NCBI GenBank assembly: GCA_027451945.1
Contig: DAIDHT010000034.1
Coordinates: forward strand, 812-64,811
Reading direction: 5' to 3'
Length of the DNA: 64,000 bases
From: Spirochaetales bacterium
Lineage (GTDB): Bacteria; Spirochaetota; Spirochaetia; JABEVK01
Below are positions 27,446-36,842 of this stretch, piece by piece. Both the position numbers and the translations under genes were made by a program. Within the stretch, counting starts at the first letter, position 1; each line of letters opens with the position of its first letter. The notes beneath the pieces were generated by a model. That model saw nothing but the letters and a program-made list of their open reading frames with translations. It ran no database searches and had not been told where the DNA came from.

Positions 27446-28546
27446 TTGACGGTCGTACCGTTTACAGGCGAAATTCGCGCCATGACCATCGACAAGTATA
27501 CCCAAAGGCTAGAAAAGATTGAAGCTGCTCTAGCCCGAGTTTTGCCCCCCTCGGCAGACTCAACCTGGCTCACCGCTGTGGCGGGAGAGTCTTTGCTAGA
27601 TGTTCGCCCCGAGGCCTTCAACGATATTACGGCTCCCTCGTGGGCCCTTTTAAAGCGGGGTGGGAAGCGTTGGCGTTCCTTGGTAATGGTCTTAGGTTAT
27701 GAATTGGCGGGTGGCGAGGCCCAGGACATTTTTGAACTAACTACGCTCGTGGAACTTCCGCATACCGGCAGTCTCATCATCGATGACATCGAGGACAAAG
27801 CCGTTGAGCGAAGAGGCGGCCCTGCTATCCACCTTCAGTTTGGTATCGACAAAGCGATCAATGCGGGGAACTTTTTGTACTTTGAGCCGACGTATTTGAT
27901 CGAACAAAGCCGTCTCGAAGATTCAGTCAAACTTCGTCTGCTGGTTTGCTACCTGCGTGTTATGAGGCGGCTTCATTTTGGGCAGGGTTTGGACATACAA
28001 TGGCACAACGATCATGATTTTATTCCCTCGAGGTCCGAGTACCTCAGAATGTGCCGCTACAAAACTGGTGCTTTGTCCCGTTTAGCCGCAGAAATCGCTT
28101 TTGCCGCAGCGGGGCGTTCTGATTTAGAAGCAGACGCCTTTGGAAGGCTATGGGAAGATATAGGGGTGGGTTTTCAAATTCTGGACGATGTCAAAAACTT
28201 GGTGTCCGGTAACCCCGGTAAACAGCGGGGCGATGATATTGTCGAAGGCAAAAAGAGCCTTCCGGTGTTGTGTCATGCGTCGGCGAGTCCCCAAGCGGGA
28301 CGCGACGTGCTCGAGATTTTTCGCCAAGTTGACGCTTTGCGAACGGAAGGTAAGCCCTATCAAACCGAAGTTGAGCGTGCCATTGCGCTGATGGAAGGCT
28401 CAGGCGCGATCGATGAAGCAAGGGCCATGGCCGAAAGCCTATTGTCGCGTTCTGCGTCGCTTTTGCGCTCGGGGTACCCCAACACCGAAGCCCGTCAAAG
28501 CCTGGAAGAACTCTTAGAAAGCTTTTTTCAGGGGGCCAATCGATGA
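27446..28546 (+). CDS. Polyprenyl synthetase (trans-isoprenyl diphosphate synthase family)
   Basis: The first Asp-rich motif is LIIDDIEDK and the second is FQILDDVKNL. The length fits the family. The start may be the internal Met at about 27485. Confidence 0.7.
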   Translation: MTVVPFTGEIRAMTIDKYTQRLEKIEAALARVLPPSADSTWLTAVAGESLLDVRPEAFNDITAPSWALLKRGGKRWRSLVMVLGYELAGGEAQDIFELTTLVELPHTGSLIIDDIEDKAVERRGGPAIHLQFGIDKAINAGNFLYFEPTYLIEQSRLEDSVKLRLLVCYLRVMRRLHFGQGLDIQWHNDHDFIPSRSEYLRMCRYKTGALSRLAAEIAFAAAGRSDLEADAFGRLWEDIGVGFQILDDVKNLVSGNPGKQRGDDIVEGKKSLPVLCHASASPQAGRDVLEIFRQVDALRTEGKPYQTEVERAIALMEGSGAIDEARAMAESLLSRSASLLRSGYPNTEARQSLEELLESFFQGANR

Positions 28547-29202
28547 GTCCTTTGCTTGTCAATCGACGACCGTTTTGGCGACGGCTTTTGCCCTTTAGCT
28601 ATTTTTACGCGACCTTGGGGGTGATAGCCCTTAACCTGCTGGTCTTTTTGTGGAATCAGATGGACCCCAATAGTCGGGGTTTGGTTGCTTTGAACGCGAC
28701 GGCCGTGTGGGAATACGGGGCTTGGTGGCAGATTTTTACCTACATGTACGTTCACGCGAATATAACCCATATTCTCGTCAACATGATAGGCCTTTTCTTT
28801 TTCGGACTCGCTCTAGAGCATAACCTGGGGAGCTGGGAATTTCTGCTGTTCTACCATGTCGTTGGCTGGCTGTCAGGAGCGTTTTCTCTTCTGCTTTATA
28901 CCATCCTCGGTTCTGATGTTTGGCTTATGGGTGCGTCGGGCGCCATTTTTGGGGTCATGTTGGCCTATGCGACCTTTAGACCCAATGATCGCGTTCTTGT
29001 GTTCTTTGTCATACCCCTTCGCGCTATCACCATGGTGCTGGCGTTTACGGTCTTTGAGGTGGTTTCACAAATCATGAATCCCTATTCGGGGGTAGCGCAT
29101 CTAACTCATCTGGCTGGGTTCTTTTTTGCCTTCTTTATCCTCTGGGGTCGCTACGGGGTTAATCCATGGCAAGTCATTCGGCACCAAGATCGTTTCTTGT
29201 AA
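28543..29202 (+). CDS. Rhomboid-family intramembrane serine protease
   Basis: The GxSG motif is GASGAIFG. The catalytic His lies in AHLTHLAGFFFA. There are 6 TM helices. It overlaps the previous stop by 4 nt. Confidence 0.75.
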   Translation: MSPLLVNRRPFWRRLLPFSYFYATLGVIALNLLVFLWNQMDPNSRGLVALNATAVWEYGAWWQIFTYMYVHANITHILVNMIGLFFFGLALEHNLGSWEFLLFYHVVGWLSGAFSLLLYTILGSDVWLMGASGAIFGVMLAYATFRPNDRVLVFFVIPLRAITMVLAFTVFEVVSQIMNPYSGVAHLTHLAGFFFAFFILWGRYGVNPWQVIRHQDRFL

Positions 29203-29211
29203 GGACTGCAG

Positions 29212-29898
29212 ATGAAGCTCCTTTTCGTGCTGGTGGCCAGCGTTTTGGTGGGGTTAAGCACTGTTGAGGTTTCTCAGGCCGAAGACCTAAGCTCTGATAT
29301 GCTTCAAGTGGAAGTTTGGGCACCTTTGGCCTCTATAAGCCCCGGTGAACTTACTCCGCCGCCCCCACCTTCGACGTTGCCGATTCAACTCTTAAAAGAA
29401 GCGCGGTGGCTAATTTCGGGCATGATCTTTGGCTGGCATTTTGTCTATGTTCCTTCTGATAAAACGCGTCAGGTCGCTGAAGTTCTCACCCTCAAGCCTT
29501 TGGGGGAAATCCCTTGGGGTGACCCGAGGTTGTCTGTAGCTACGACTCGGGTGGATCGGCAGAACAACCAGTATTCCGTGAGCATTACATACCTTTTGTC
29601 GCCCGTCGAACAAGATTTACGCACGGCATGGGCTTCGGCTGAGCTCCATTCCGCCGGTGGGCGGGGGGAATGGGTGGGGGTTGATAGCTTAAAGGGAAGG
29701 CAGGCGGTGGTGGCCCAGACGGTAAAAGCCGCCGTGAGAAACTTTTTACGGCCTAAGATTTTTAATAAGCCAGAACGTATCGAAGGGGATGTCTTGCTCC
29801 TGCACTCCCCGCTGATTGGGTCTGAAGCGGATCAGTTAGATTGTACAGCAGAGTTCCGCCTTAGGCTCACTCTTGTACAAGCGTATCCGGTGTATTGA
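29212..29898 (+). CDS. Secreted hypothetical protein
   Basis: The signal peptide is MKLLFVLVASVLVGLSTVEVSQA. I assigned no family. Confidence 0.45.
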   Translation: MKLLFVLVASVLVGLSTVEVSQAEDLSSDMLQVEVWAPLASISPGELTPPPPPSTLPIQLLKEARWLISGMIFGWHFVYVPSDKTRQVAEVLTLKPLGEIPWGDPRLSVATTRVDRQNNQYSVSITYLLSPVEQDLRTAWASAELHSAGGRGEWVGVDSLKGRQAVVAQTVKAAVRNFLRPKIFNKPERIEGDVLLLHSPLIGSEADQLDCTAEFRLRLTLVQAYPVY

Positions 29899-29930
29899 GT
29901 TGGCGTTGGCCAGGATTATTTCCATAAAAA

Positions 29931-30362
29931 TTATTTCCAAAAAAGGGCTGCTGGCCAGGCCAATACCAAGCCCACAAGGATCCCAACGACAATTTCGGGA
30001 AGAGTGTGCCCAACCATTTCGTTGATGGCGACTCGCTGGTTCGCCGGCAGGCTTTCTTGGAGCCGATTGACCACCCGTGCTTGTTTCTGAACATTGCCAC
30101 GTAATTTGTAGGCATCAAAAATCACAATAGCACTGAAAACTGCCGCCAAGCCAAACAGATTGGAGGACGGCCCCTCATAGACGGCAATAGCCACACTCAA
30201 AGAGGTCACAAAAGCCGAATGGGCCGAGGGCATACCGCCGAAGGTCAACAGATGTTTAAGCCTAAGCTGTCGAGTTTTGATCGACAAAGCTACCCACTTG
30301 AAAATCTGACTGAGTACTTGCACGGCAACGGCAATGACGAGAGATTTAGGCAGGATATTCAC
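29931..30362 (-). CDS. Divergent PAP2-family membrane protein (DUF212, YuiD-like)
   Basis: FGGMPSAHSAFVTSLSVAIAV...FDAYKLRGNVQKQA matches the DUF212 core. I chose the GTG at 30362, giving a 144-aa protein beginning M-NILPKSLVIAVAVQVLSQIFK, which parallels YuiD-type N-termini. The longer track ORF to 30554 has an implausible N-terminal extension through an AT-rich spacer. Confidence 0.55.
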   Translation of the reverse strand: MNILPKSLVIAVAVQVLSQIFKWVALSIKTRQLRLKHLLTFGGMPSAHSAFVTSLSVAIAVYEGPSSNLFGLAAVFSAIVIFDAYKLRGNVQKQARVVNRLQESLPANQRVAINEMVGHTLPEIVVGILVGLVLAWPAALFWK

Positions 30363-30504
30363 ACGGACTAGTTTAGGCGAATTGTGCAAAAGACACAACT
30401 GAGCGTAAACACTGACTTCGATAACCCAGAAAGTATGGGGTGTTCCTTGAATTTTTGAAGAAGCTACGCTACATTTATGGTCGTTAGTTAGACTATAATG
30501 GACA

Positions 30505-30759
30505 TTGAAGGTAAAAGTGGGCAATAAGACTTTAACGCCAGAAACCTCTGTCACGCTTAGTGTTTTCGGTCTCGATCAGCATCCTAATCCGAGATCTGTG
30601 ACGGCATCCTTAGAACAGCTCCGCGGAGTTCGCACTGCTAAGCTTGATTTAAAGAAAAAGCTTGTCAAAATTGTTTGGAATCAATCGGCGAATTTGACGA
30701 AAGAGGAGCTGATTTCAGCTGTCTTTCGCTGTGGTGTTGCTGCCGAAGAGCTGGCCTAG
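30505..30759 (+). CDS. Small protein with a possible ferredoxin-like/HMA-like fold but no metal-binding cysteines. The call is uncertain.
   Basis: It is an 84-aa ORF. The predicted secondary-structure pattern of LSVFGL...LEQLRGVRTAKLDLKKKLVKIVW...LISAVFRCGV resembles a beta-alpha-beta-beta-alpha-beta domain. It could be non-coding. Confidence 0.25.
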   Translation: MKVKVGNKTLTPETSVTLSVFGLDQHPNPRSVTASLEQLRGVRTAKLDLKKKLVKIVWNQSANLTKEELISAVFRCGVAAEELA

Positions 30760-30775
30760 TGCTCTAGTGCTATAG

Positions 30776-31150
30776 TTACTTCGCTGAGCGGCGAGAAAAC
30801 TCGCTGGTCCAGGCGTCGGTATGAAAAACCCCCAGGAACCGTTGGACGCTGGGCTCAACCTGGGGCCACAGGGTTGTTGCCGTAAGAAAATCCGCTTGTT
30901 TACCACAAATTTCCAACTGCTCCAATAAGGCACAGCCTTCGTCGGCGGCCACTGCACGCAGGGCTCCTTTTAGCTGATGGGCGTACATTTCAAGATCTTC
31001 GGCGTTGTGCGTCATTAAGGCCTTTTGAAGGTGATCAAGGCGTTCGGGAAGAGTAGCCTCTACCGTCTTAATCAATTCCCGATAGAGATCCTTGTTGCCG
31101 TCTAAGAGACGAGCCGCTTTTTCGGCATTGAGAGGCAAGTTGTCCACCAT
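30776..31150 (-). CDS. Hpt (histidine phosphotransfer) domain protein
   Basis: AHQLKGALRAVAADEGCALLEQLE matches the Hpt signature (AH.LKGS...GA..L). I preferred the internal Met start (MVDNLPLN..., 124 aa) to the 166-aa track ORF. Confidence 0.5.
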   Translation of the reverse strand: MVDNLPLNAEKAARLLDGNKDLYRELIKTVEATLPERLDHLQKALMTHNAEDLEMYAHQLKGALRAVAADEGCALLEQLEICGKQADFLTATTLWPQVEPSVQRFLGVFHTDAWTSEFSRRSAK

Positions 31151-31237
31151 GCTTTCATGGTACTCTGAAGTGACTATGCTGGCAACTGACAACTTGACTG
31201 ACGGGCACCCGGCGTCGAAACTAGCACAGGAGGCGTC

Positions 31238-32038
31238 GTGAAAATTCTTCTGTGCGCTGTCCTGATTTTTAGTCAAACCCTAAGCTTACCAGTCGAGCTA
31301 TTGGGCTTACCAGTAGCTCTGGTGGGGGCTTCCCCCATTAGTTCGCCCCCACGAGGGGTTACCCCGGTGGCGATCGGTTTTGCCCAGGGCTTTCCACCGT
31401 ATCAAGAGCTTGATTCACAGGGTAAACCCCAAGGCCTGGATGTGGAATTGACCAAGGCCGTCTTTGCTCAAACCGGAATTCCCTACTATCTTTCTGCGGG
31501 GAAGTGGGATAACCAGCTGGCACGCTTACGGTTTAACTTGGGCGTAGATGTGCTTATGGGGGCGGAGATTACCTCTGATCGTTTGCAGACTTTTCGCTTC
31601 AGTGAACCACTTTACACCCGTCAGTCAGCCCTTTTGGTTCCTGCCAACAACCATAGCATCCATTCGTTAAGCGATCTTTCTGGACTCATCGTAACGGGCG
31701 ATCGGGGGAGTCGTGCTGAAGAACTTCTTAAACGCCTGGGAATCCTCGAGCGGGTGCGTTTACGTGAAACTTCTACCAAGGCCCAGGCCTTTCAGCTTTT
31801 AAAAGAAAAAAAGGTAGATGCTTGCATCATGCCCGAAGCGGTGGGGGTGACGTTAGCGCGGCAGGAGCATTTTTCTGTGCGTCTGATTCCCCTTTCTGAA
31901 ACGGGGACTCCGGTGGGGTTTGCGTTTCGGCCTAGTGAAACCTCATTAATCTACAAAGTCAATGAAGCGATCAACACACTCCGCCGACAGGGCCAACTGG
32001 CAAAGATCCTTAACCGCTGGTTAAAAAAGAGCGGGTAG
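31238..32038 (+). CDS. Periplasmic solute-binding protein, family 3 (amino-acid-binding type)
   Basis: It has a signal peptide. The overall pattern (..GFPPYQ....G...G.DVEL..A......G..Y.......W......L......D......IT..R......FS.P.Y) is typical of SBP_bac_3. Confidence 0.6.
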   Translation: MKILLCAVLIFSQTLSLPVELLGLPVALVGASPISSPPRGVTPVAIGFAQGFPPYQELDSQGKPQGLDVELTKAVFAQTGIPYYLSAGKWDNQLARLRFNLGVDVLMGAEITSDRLQTFRFSEPLYTRQSALLVPANNHSIHSLSDLSGLIVTGDRGSRAEELLKRLGILERVRLRETSTKAQAFQLLKEKKVDACIMPEAVGVTLARQEHFSVRLIPLSETGTPVGFAFRPSETSLIYKVNEAINTLRRQGQLAKILNRWLKKSG

Positions 32039-32188
32039 AAGTTGTAGGGGAATGAAGAGCGATCTCCGATGACTTCCCGAGCCGGGCGTTGACATGCTAT
32101 AAAAAGTTCTGCCGTACCCGCGTGAGGTGTTTCTTTTGAACGTTTTTTGATCGACGCGGCGGGCAAGTTTTCCCACGGAGCGATTTTG

Positions 32189-33727
32189 ATGGATCAGGAT
32201 ACTCTGGTGAAGAGCCTTCATCCCCTTGAGGTTAAGGTTTTGCTCACCTTTGGTACCGGTGTTCCCCTGACGGCGGGGGTACTGGGTGAAAAGCTTGGGT
32301 ACAAGGTAGGGCAAGCCAACCAGGCGTTTTCGTGGCTGTGCGGTAAAGGCTTAGCACACGAAACCGGCAGGACGTCCAAAACCGTTTATGAGATCACTGA
32401 GCTAGGTAAAGAGCAATTAGCAGGCGGAACCCCCGAAGAAAACCTCCTTAAAGCGCTCGATAAGGGCCCCGTCGCCATGGCTGAGGCGGCTCAACTTTTA
32501 GGTTTAGAGCAAAAAGACATGGGGAGTGCCTACGGCCAATTGGCTAAAGAAGGCCTTGTGGCCATGGACGACAACAAAAGGATTGTTAAAAAAGCCGCCG
32601 AGAGTCCGCGTCTAAAAACCCTCCGAACCTTACTGCAAAAAGCCTCTGAAGCCGATTTGGATGAGTCGGTACTCTCTGAAGACGAAAAGGCTATTTTGTC
32701 GGCAAACGCAAAAAAACGAGGGGCGGCGGCATCGGTCTTTAAAGTCAGCGAGCGTGAAACTGTGGTTTATGAATTAACACCCGAAGCAGGATCGGCGGTT
32801 TCTGCCATTCGAGCCCAAGGCGTGACAGGCGACGAATTGGGGGCTTTAACGCCGGCTTTGCTTGCCTCGGGTGCCTGGAAAACGGGAGTGTTTCGTCCTT
32901 ATAATGTGGCGGCCCCCCCCTCGCGGTTGGTAATTGGGCGGCGTAACCCCTACCAGGAGTACATTCTTGGTGTCAAAGACAAGTTGGTTTCGCTGGGTTT
33001 TGAAGAGTTCGACGGCCCCCTAGTCGAAACAGAGTTTTGGAACGGTGATGCGCTTTTTATGCCGCAATTTCACTCAGCTCGCGATATTCACGATGTTTAT
33101 TATGTAAAGAACCCCACCCACGCCAAAGAGATCGAACAGCCTTGGCTGGATCGTATTGCGGCGGCACACACCAACGGTGGCGATACGGGAAGTCGTGGTT
33201 GGGGCTACAACTTTGACCGCGATTTTACCCGAAGGCTGATCCTGCGATCTCAGGGAACCGTCTTGTCGGCAAAACAGCTCCCGAAAGCGAAAATTCCTGG
33301 AAAATATTTTGGCGTGGTGCGATGTTTCCGCTACGATCAGGTCGATGCCACCCATGGCGCAGACTTTTATCAAACCGAAGGGATTGTCTTGGGTTCGGAT
33401 GTGAATTTGCGTACCTTGCTGGGCCTTTTGAAGATGTTTGCCATTGAGGTTGCCGGAGCAACCGAAGTTAAGTATGTTCCCGGCTATTTTCCTTTTACGG
33501 AACCTTCGGTAGAAGTTCATATCAAACACCCCGTTCTCGGTTGGTTTGAAATGGGTGGCTCGGGAATTTTCCGTCCTGAAGTCACCAAGTCGCTGGGGGT
33601 AGATGTCCCGGTTTTGGCCTGGGGGTTAGGCATCGACCGAATGGCGTTGATGTCTCTGGGGCTTTCGGATATCCGAGAACTCTTTACCGCAAATATCGAA
33701 AATGTTCGCTTAAGAAGAAGGAGCTAA
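32189..33727 (+). CDS. pheS: Phenylalanine--tRNA ligase alpha subunit, archaeal/eukaryal type
   Basis: It is about 512 aa and has N-terminal winged-helix repeats. The class-II core contains FRYDQVDATHGADFYQTEGIV (motif 2) and GGSGIFRPEV...VLAWGLGIDRMA (motif 3). It is followed directly by pheT. Confidence 0.85.
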   Translation: MDQDTLVKSLHPLEVKVLLTFGTGVPLTAGVLGEKLGYKVGQANQAFSWLCGKGLAHETGRTSKTVYEITELGKEQLAGGTPEENLLKALDKGPVAMAEAAQLLGLEQKDMGSAYGQLAKEGLVAMDDNKRIVKKAAESPRLKTLRTLLQKASEADLDESVLSEDEKAILSANAKKRGAAASVFKVSERETVVYELTPEAGSAVSAIRAQGVTGDELGALTPALLASGAWKTGVFRPYNVAAPPSRLVIGRRNPYQEYILGVKDKLVSLGFEEFDGPLVETEFWNGDALFMPQFHSARDIHDVYYVKNPTHAKEIEQPWLDRIAAAHTNGGDTGSRGWGYNFDRDFTRRLILRSQGTVLSAKQLPKAKIPGKYFGVVRCFRYDQVDATHGADFYQTEGIVLGSDVNLRTLLGLLKMFAIEVAGATEVKYVPGYFPFTEPSVEVHIKHPVLGWFEMGGSGIFRPEVTKSLGVDVPVLAWGLGIDRMALMSLGLSDIRELFTANIENVRLRRRS

Positions 33728-33731
33728 CGCC

Positions 33732-35441
33732 GTGCCCAAGATTGAAGTCAAACAAGCTGGCCTGGAACGCTATTCCACCTTAAAGCCTTCGGTCGACGAG
33801 CTCGCGGAAATGTTGCCTGCCGTCAAAGGCGAAGTAGATGAAGTTAACCGCGAAACCGGTGTCTTGAAGCTGGAATTCAACGACACCAACCGTCCAGATT
33901 TGTGGTCAACGGCGGGTGCCGGGCGTGCACTGCGTACCTACTACACCGGTTGGTTGCCAACTTATGAGTTCTTTTCGCGTCCTGGGCGCAGTTTGCCAGA
34001 CGAGGGACGGCGTGTCACGGTAGACCCGTCAGTGAACGAAGTTCGTCCGTATTTGGCCGCTTTTGCTTTGAGTGGTCCCGCCATGGATGCCGTGACGCTG
34101 GATGATTTGATTCAAACGCAAGAGAAACTATGCTGGAACTTTGGCCGCAAACGCAAGTCGATTGCCATGGGCGTGTACCGCTCACAGAGTATTCACTACC
34201 CGGTCCGCTATCAGGCCGTGGACCCCGATACGACGCGCTTTCAGCCGTTGGGCCTTGAAAAAACGCTAAGCCTGCGTGAAATCTTGAAAGAACACCCTAA
34301 GGGTGTGGAGTATGGCCCCATCGTAGCGGGGTTACCGAAGTTCCCGTTTTTGACGGATTCGCGTGGCGAGGTGTTGTCTTTTCCTCCGATTATCAACAGC
34401 GCACACTTGGGAGCGGTTCAAACGGGCGACCAAGAACTCTTTGTGGAAATGACCGGTACGGATTTGCCCAGTTTGACGTTGGCGGTGTCGATTGTCGCCT
34501 GTGACTTGGCGGATGCGGGCTATACAATTCTTCCTGTCACGGTAGAGTACCCCTATGACACACCCTTTGGTAAGACAGTTACTTTTCCCTATTATTTTCA
34601 AGAAGAAGTGAAAGCCGAGCTGGGCTTTATTAACAAATTATTGGGGATCAATCTCGTCGGAGAAGAGGCTCAAAACGCTTTAGCCAAGATGGGAGTGGCT
34701 TCCCGGTATGGTAATGGCATTCTCACCGTGATTCCCCCTGTGTATCGCAATGACTTTTTGCACCCCGTGGATGTCGCCGAAGACGTAGCGGTCGGCCGGG
34801 GGTTGGCTTCTTTTGAGCCAGAACGTCCCTCGGATGCGACGATTGGCCGACTTACGGACGCGGAGCTGTTTGGACGGCGTGTCCGCGACCTCATGATAGG
34901 TATGGGGTTTCAAGAAATGATTTTTAACTACTTGGGGAGCCGGCGCGATTTTATTGAACGGATGAATATTTCGGGCACTGACGTGGTACAAATCCTCAAC
35001 CCGATGACCGAAAACTATGAGTACGTCCGAAACTCAATTGCTCCAAACTTGCTCGAAGCAGAAGGTGTTTCGGGCAATGCGTTGTACCCGCACCACATTT
35101 TTGAAGTGGGCAAAGTGGTTCGTCTTGAGTCCTCGCACCGCGAAGGCAGTGTGACGACAAATAGTTTGGGCTGGCTTTCGGCCGCCCCCGACGAAGGGTT
35201 TAACCAAATCAACAGCCGTGTAGCCGCCCTCTTGTACTACCTGGGCAAAGATTACAAGGTTAAAGAGTCTTCGGACCCTCGTTTTATCCCCGGTCGGGCG
35301 GCAGAGGTGTGGATTGACCGAAAAGCACAACCAGAGTTTGCTGGTGTCTTTGGTGAAGTACACCCCGCAGTTCTCGAGAATTGGAACGCGGGGGTACCAT
35401 GCACCTTAGGCGAATTGAACCTTGACGTTCTGGCACGCTAA
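33732..35441 (+). CDS. pheT: Phenylalanine--tRNA ligase beta subunit, archaeal/eukaryal type
   Basis: It is 569 aa, against about 800 for the bacterial type. It has a B3/B4 region and a B5 domain, and the C-terminal class-II-like fold shows FEVGKVV. Its start is 5 nt after the pheS stop. Confidence 0.85.
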   Translation: MPKIEVKQAGLERYSTLKPSVDELAEMLPAVKGEVDEVNRETGVLKLEFNDTNRPDLWSTAGAGRALRTYYTGWLPTYEFFSRPGRSLPDEGRRVTVDPSVNEVRPYLAAFALSGPAMDAVTLDDLIQTQEKLCWNFGRKRKSIAMGVYRSQSIHYPVRYQAVDPDTTRFQPLGLEKTLSLREILKEHPKGVEYGPIVAGLPKFPFLTDSRGEVLSFPPIINSAHLGAVQTGDQELFVEMTGTDLPSLTLAVSIVACDLADAGYTILPVTVEYPYDTPFGKTVTFPYYFQEEVKAELGFINKLLGINLVGEEAQNALAKMGVASRYGNGILTVIPPVYRNDFLHPVDVAEDVAVGRGLASFEPERPSDATIGRLTDAELFGRRVRDLMIGMGFQEMIFNYLGSRRDFIERMNISGTDVVQILNPMTENYEYVRNSIAPNLLEAEGVSGNALYPHHIFEVGKVVRLESSHREGSVTTNSLGWLSAAPDEGFNQINSRVAALLYYLGKDYKVKESSDPRFIPGRAAEVWIDRKAQPEFAGVFGEVHPAVLENWNAGVPCTLGELNLDVLAR

Positions 35442-35460
35442 CAACGGGGCTAACGGAACG

Positions 35461-35925
35461 TTAAGAAAGAATATGGCGGAGGGCGGCAACGGCGAGTTCG
35501 TGGTCGGCCTCTTGCGTCAACCCTGAAACGGCAAGGACGCCGATTAAGCCGGCATTCTTAATTCTGAGTGGAAAGGCCCCGCCATGAAAGCTGAACTCAC
35601 TCTCGGATAGGCCATATTTTTGCCCGGGAGTCGCCCCGCTTTGGGCCAGCTTACGTCCCATGTATAAACTCGAGTGTCCAAAGCGTAAAACCGTTTTGGT
35701 TTTTCGATCCAGCCAAGAATCGTTGTCGGGTGAGGTGCCCTCCGCGTCGAACTGAAAGGCGCGTTGTCCCGAGCGTGTGATTAAGACGGCGATTTTTAAG
35801 GACTCACGTCGAGCTTTGTCAGCTAGCCACCGCCCTAGCTTCCAGACGATTTCAGCATCAAGCCGTGTCAGCGTCAACTCCGCTTCCAGAGCTAAAAGCT
35901 GGTCTAAATTTTCAGTTGTTTCCAT
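35461..35925 (-). CDS. GlcG/DUF336 (heme-binding HbpS-like) family protein
   Basis: FHGGAFPLRIKNAGLIGVLAVSGLTQEADHELAVAA matches the DUF336 C-terminal motif (GG..I...G.viGaiGVSG....eD...A). I chose the internal Met (METTENL...). Confidence 0.55.
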   Translation of the reverse strand: METTENLDQLLALEAELTLTRLDAEIVWKLGRWLADKARRESLKIAVLITRSGQRAFQFDAEGTSPDNDSWLDRKTKTVLRFGHSSLYMGRKLAQSGATPGQKYGLSESEFSFHGGAFPLRIKNAGLIGVLAVSGLTQEADHELAVAALRHILS

Positions 35926-36001
35926 ACAAACAATATACTGCACCCTCGGTCTTAGAGGGAGCTTTGGTGAGTGCTAAACTAAAAGAGGTGAGTGCAAAAA
36001 G

Positions 36002-36039
36002 AAAAAAAAGGCCAACCCAGACTTATGGGTTGGCCTTTT
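36002..36039 (-). terminator. Rho-independent terminator downstream of the tRNA-Leu
   Basis: The stem GGCCAACCCA (36010-19) pairs with TGGGTTGGCC (36026-35) around a 6-nt loop. On the minus strand it is followed by a T8 run (the A8 at 36002-36009). Confidence 0.6.
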
Positions 36040-36040
36040 A

Positions 36041-36123
36041 TACCGGCGGTCGGAGTTGAACCGACACGGTATCGCTACCGGTGGATTTTGAGTCCACTGC
36101 GTCTACCATTTCGCCACGCCGGC
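36041..36123 (-). tRNA. tRNA-Leu (anticodon CAA), long variable arm
   Basis: The minus-strand read is GCCGGCGTGGCGAAATGGTAGACGCAGTGGACTCAAAATCCACCGGTAGCGATACCGTGTCGGTTCAACTCCGACCGCCGGTA. A 7-bp acceptor stem, D-loop and anticodon loop (CT-CAA-AA), a long variable arm, T-arm GGTTCAACTCC and discriminator A are all present. CCA is not encoded. Confidence 0.8.
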
Positions 36124-36179
36124 GTGCTTGTTCTTTATAAAGAAGAATGCGCCAAAGATCAAGCACCTGTTGGAGTTGA

Positions 36180-36842
36180 TTGGCAACAGGGGCGGTGTTT
36201 CGTTATACTGGGGCTATGCCTGTTTGTACTGCTCGTTTTTTGGATCGGGATCATGAACCCTCTGCTGGGATTCTCCCGGAAACCTTTTTTAAATGCTCTG
36301 CCGTCACCGAGTGGCAATTTCCCTGGCCAGACAAAGCGTACGAGCGCGTCACAACCGAAGTACGACTTGCCTGGTCGGTAAAATATCTTTATGTGCATTT
36401 TTGGTCTTTAGATAGTTATCTTCTGGCTCGAGAAACCAAGCCAAAGGGAAGGGTGGATTTAGACGACTTTGTGAGTATCACGGTGGCACACGGCGGACTG
36501 TGTCGCTCCTGGATGGTGAACCCCCTGGGCGTGCTAGCAGAGTTTTCTGCTCCGTACCAAGAGGCACCTCTTGCCGAATCAGAGATCAATCGGGCTTGGA
36601 AATCGGCAGCTCTTGGCAAAACGGGGCATTTTCCTGCCGGTTGGTCCTGGGAACTTCGGATCCCTTTCGAAAAAGATTTTTCGGTCGTACCCAGTCGAGC
36701 TGATGTTTGGAAAGTTCAATTTCAGCGCCAAGATATTGATAAACAGGGGCATGTCTCGCGGGCCGAGTGGTCGGCTCCCCATGGAGGAACTTCCGGTGTT
36801 CTTGACCCCGGAAGTTTTGGCGACTTGCAATTTCAGGGCTGA
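36180..36842 (+). CDS. Hypothetical protein, possibly carbohydrate-binding (CBM9/DOMON-like)
   Basis: It is Trp-rich, and the pattern WKVQFQRQD...AEWSAP resembles the CBM9-like family. The call is tentative. Confidence 0.35.
   Translation: MATGAVFRYTGAMPVCTARFLDRDHEPSAGILPETFFKCSAVTEWQFPWPDKAYERVTTEVRLAWSVKYLYVHFWSLDSYLLARETKPKGRVDLDDFVSITVAHGGLCRSWMVNPLGVLAEFSAPYQEAPLAESEINRAWKSAALGKTGHFPAGWSWELRIPFEKDFSVVPSRADVWKVQFQRQDIDKQGHVSRAEWSAPHGGTSGVLDPGSFGDLQFQG

Noticed and set aside
29931-30554. Full 207-aa version of the DUF212 ORF
   Set aside because: The N-terminal 64 codons run through an AT-rich spacer and overlap the small plus-strand ORF. The GTG at 30362 gives a protein that matches the family N-terminus.
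30505-30759. Calling the 84-aa ORF a heavy-metal-associated (CopZ-like) protein
   Set aside because: It lacks the MxCxxC motif entirely. Only a vague fold-pattern similarity remains, so I left it as a low-confidence hypothetical.
32039-32188. Possible T-box or attenuator leader upstream of pheS
   Set aside because: The 150-nt leader is long enough. I could not identify a specifier/antiterminator pair or a Phe-rich leader peptide. A covariance-model search would settle it.
33074-33529. 151-aa minus-strand ORF inside pheS
   Set aside because: It is antisense to a high-confidence aminoacyl-tRNA synthetase gene.
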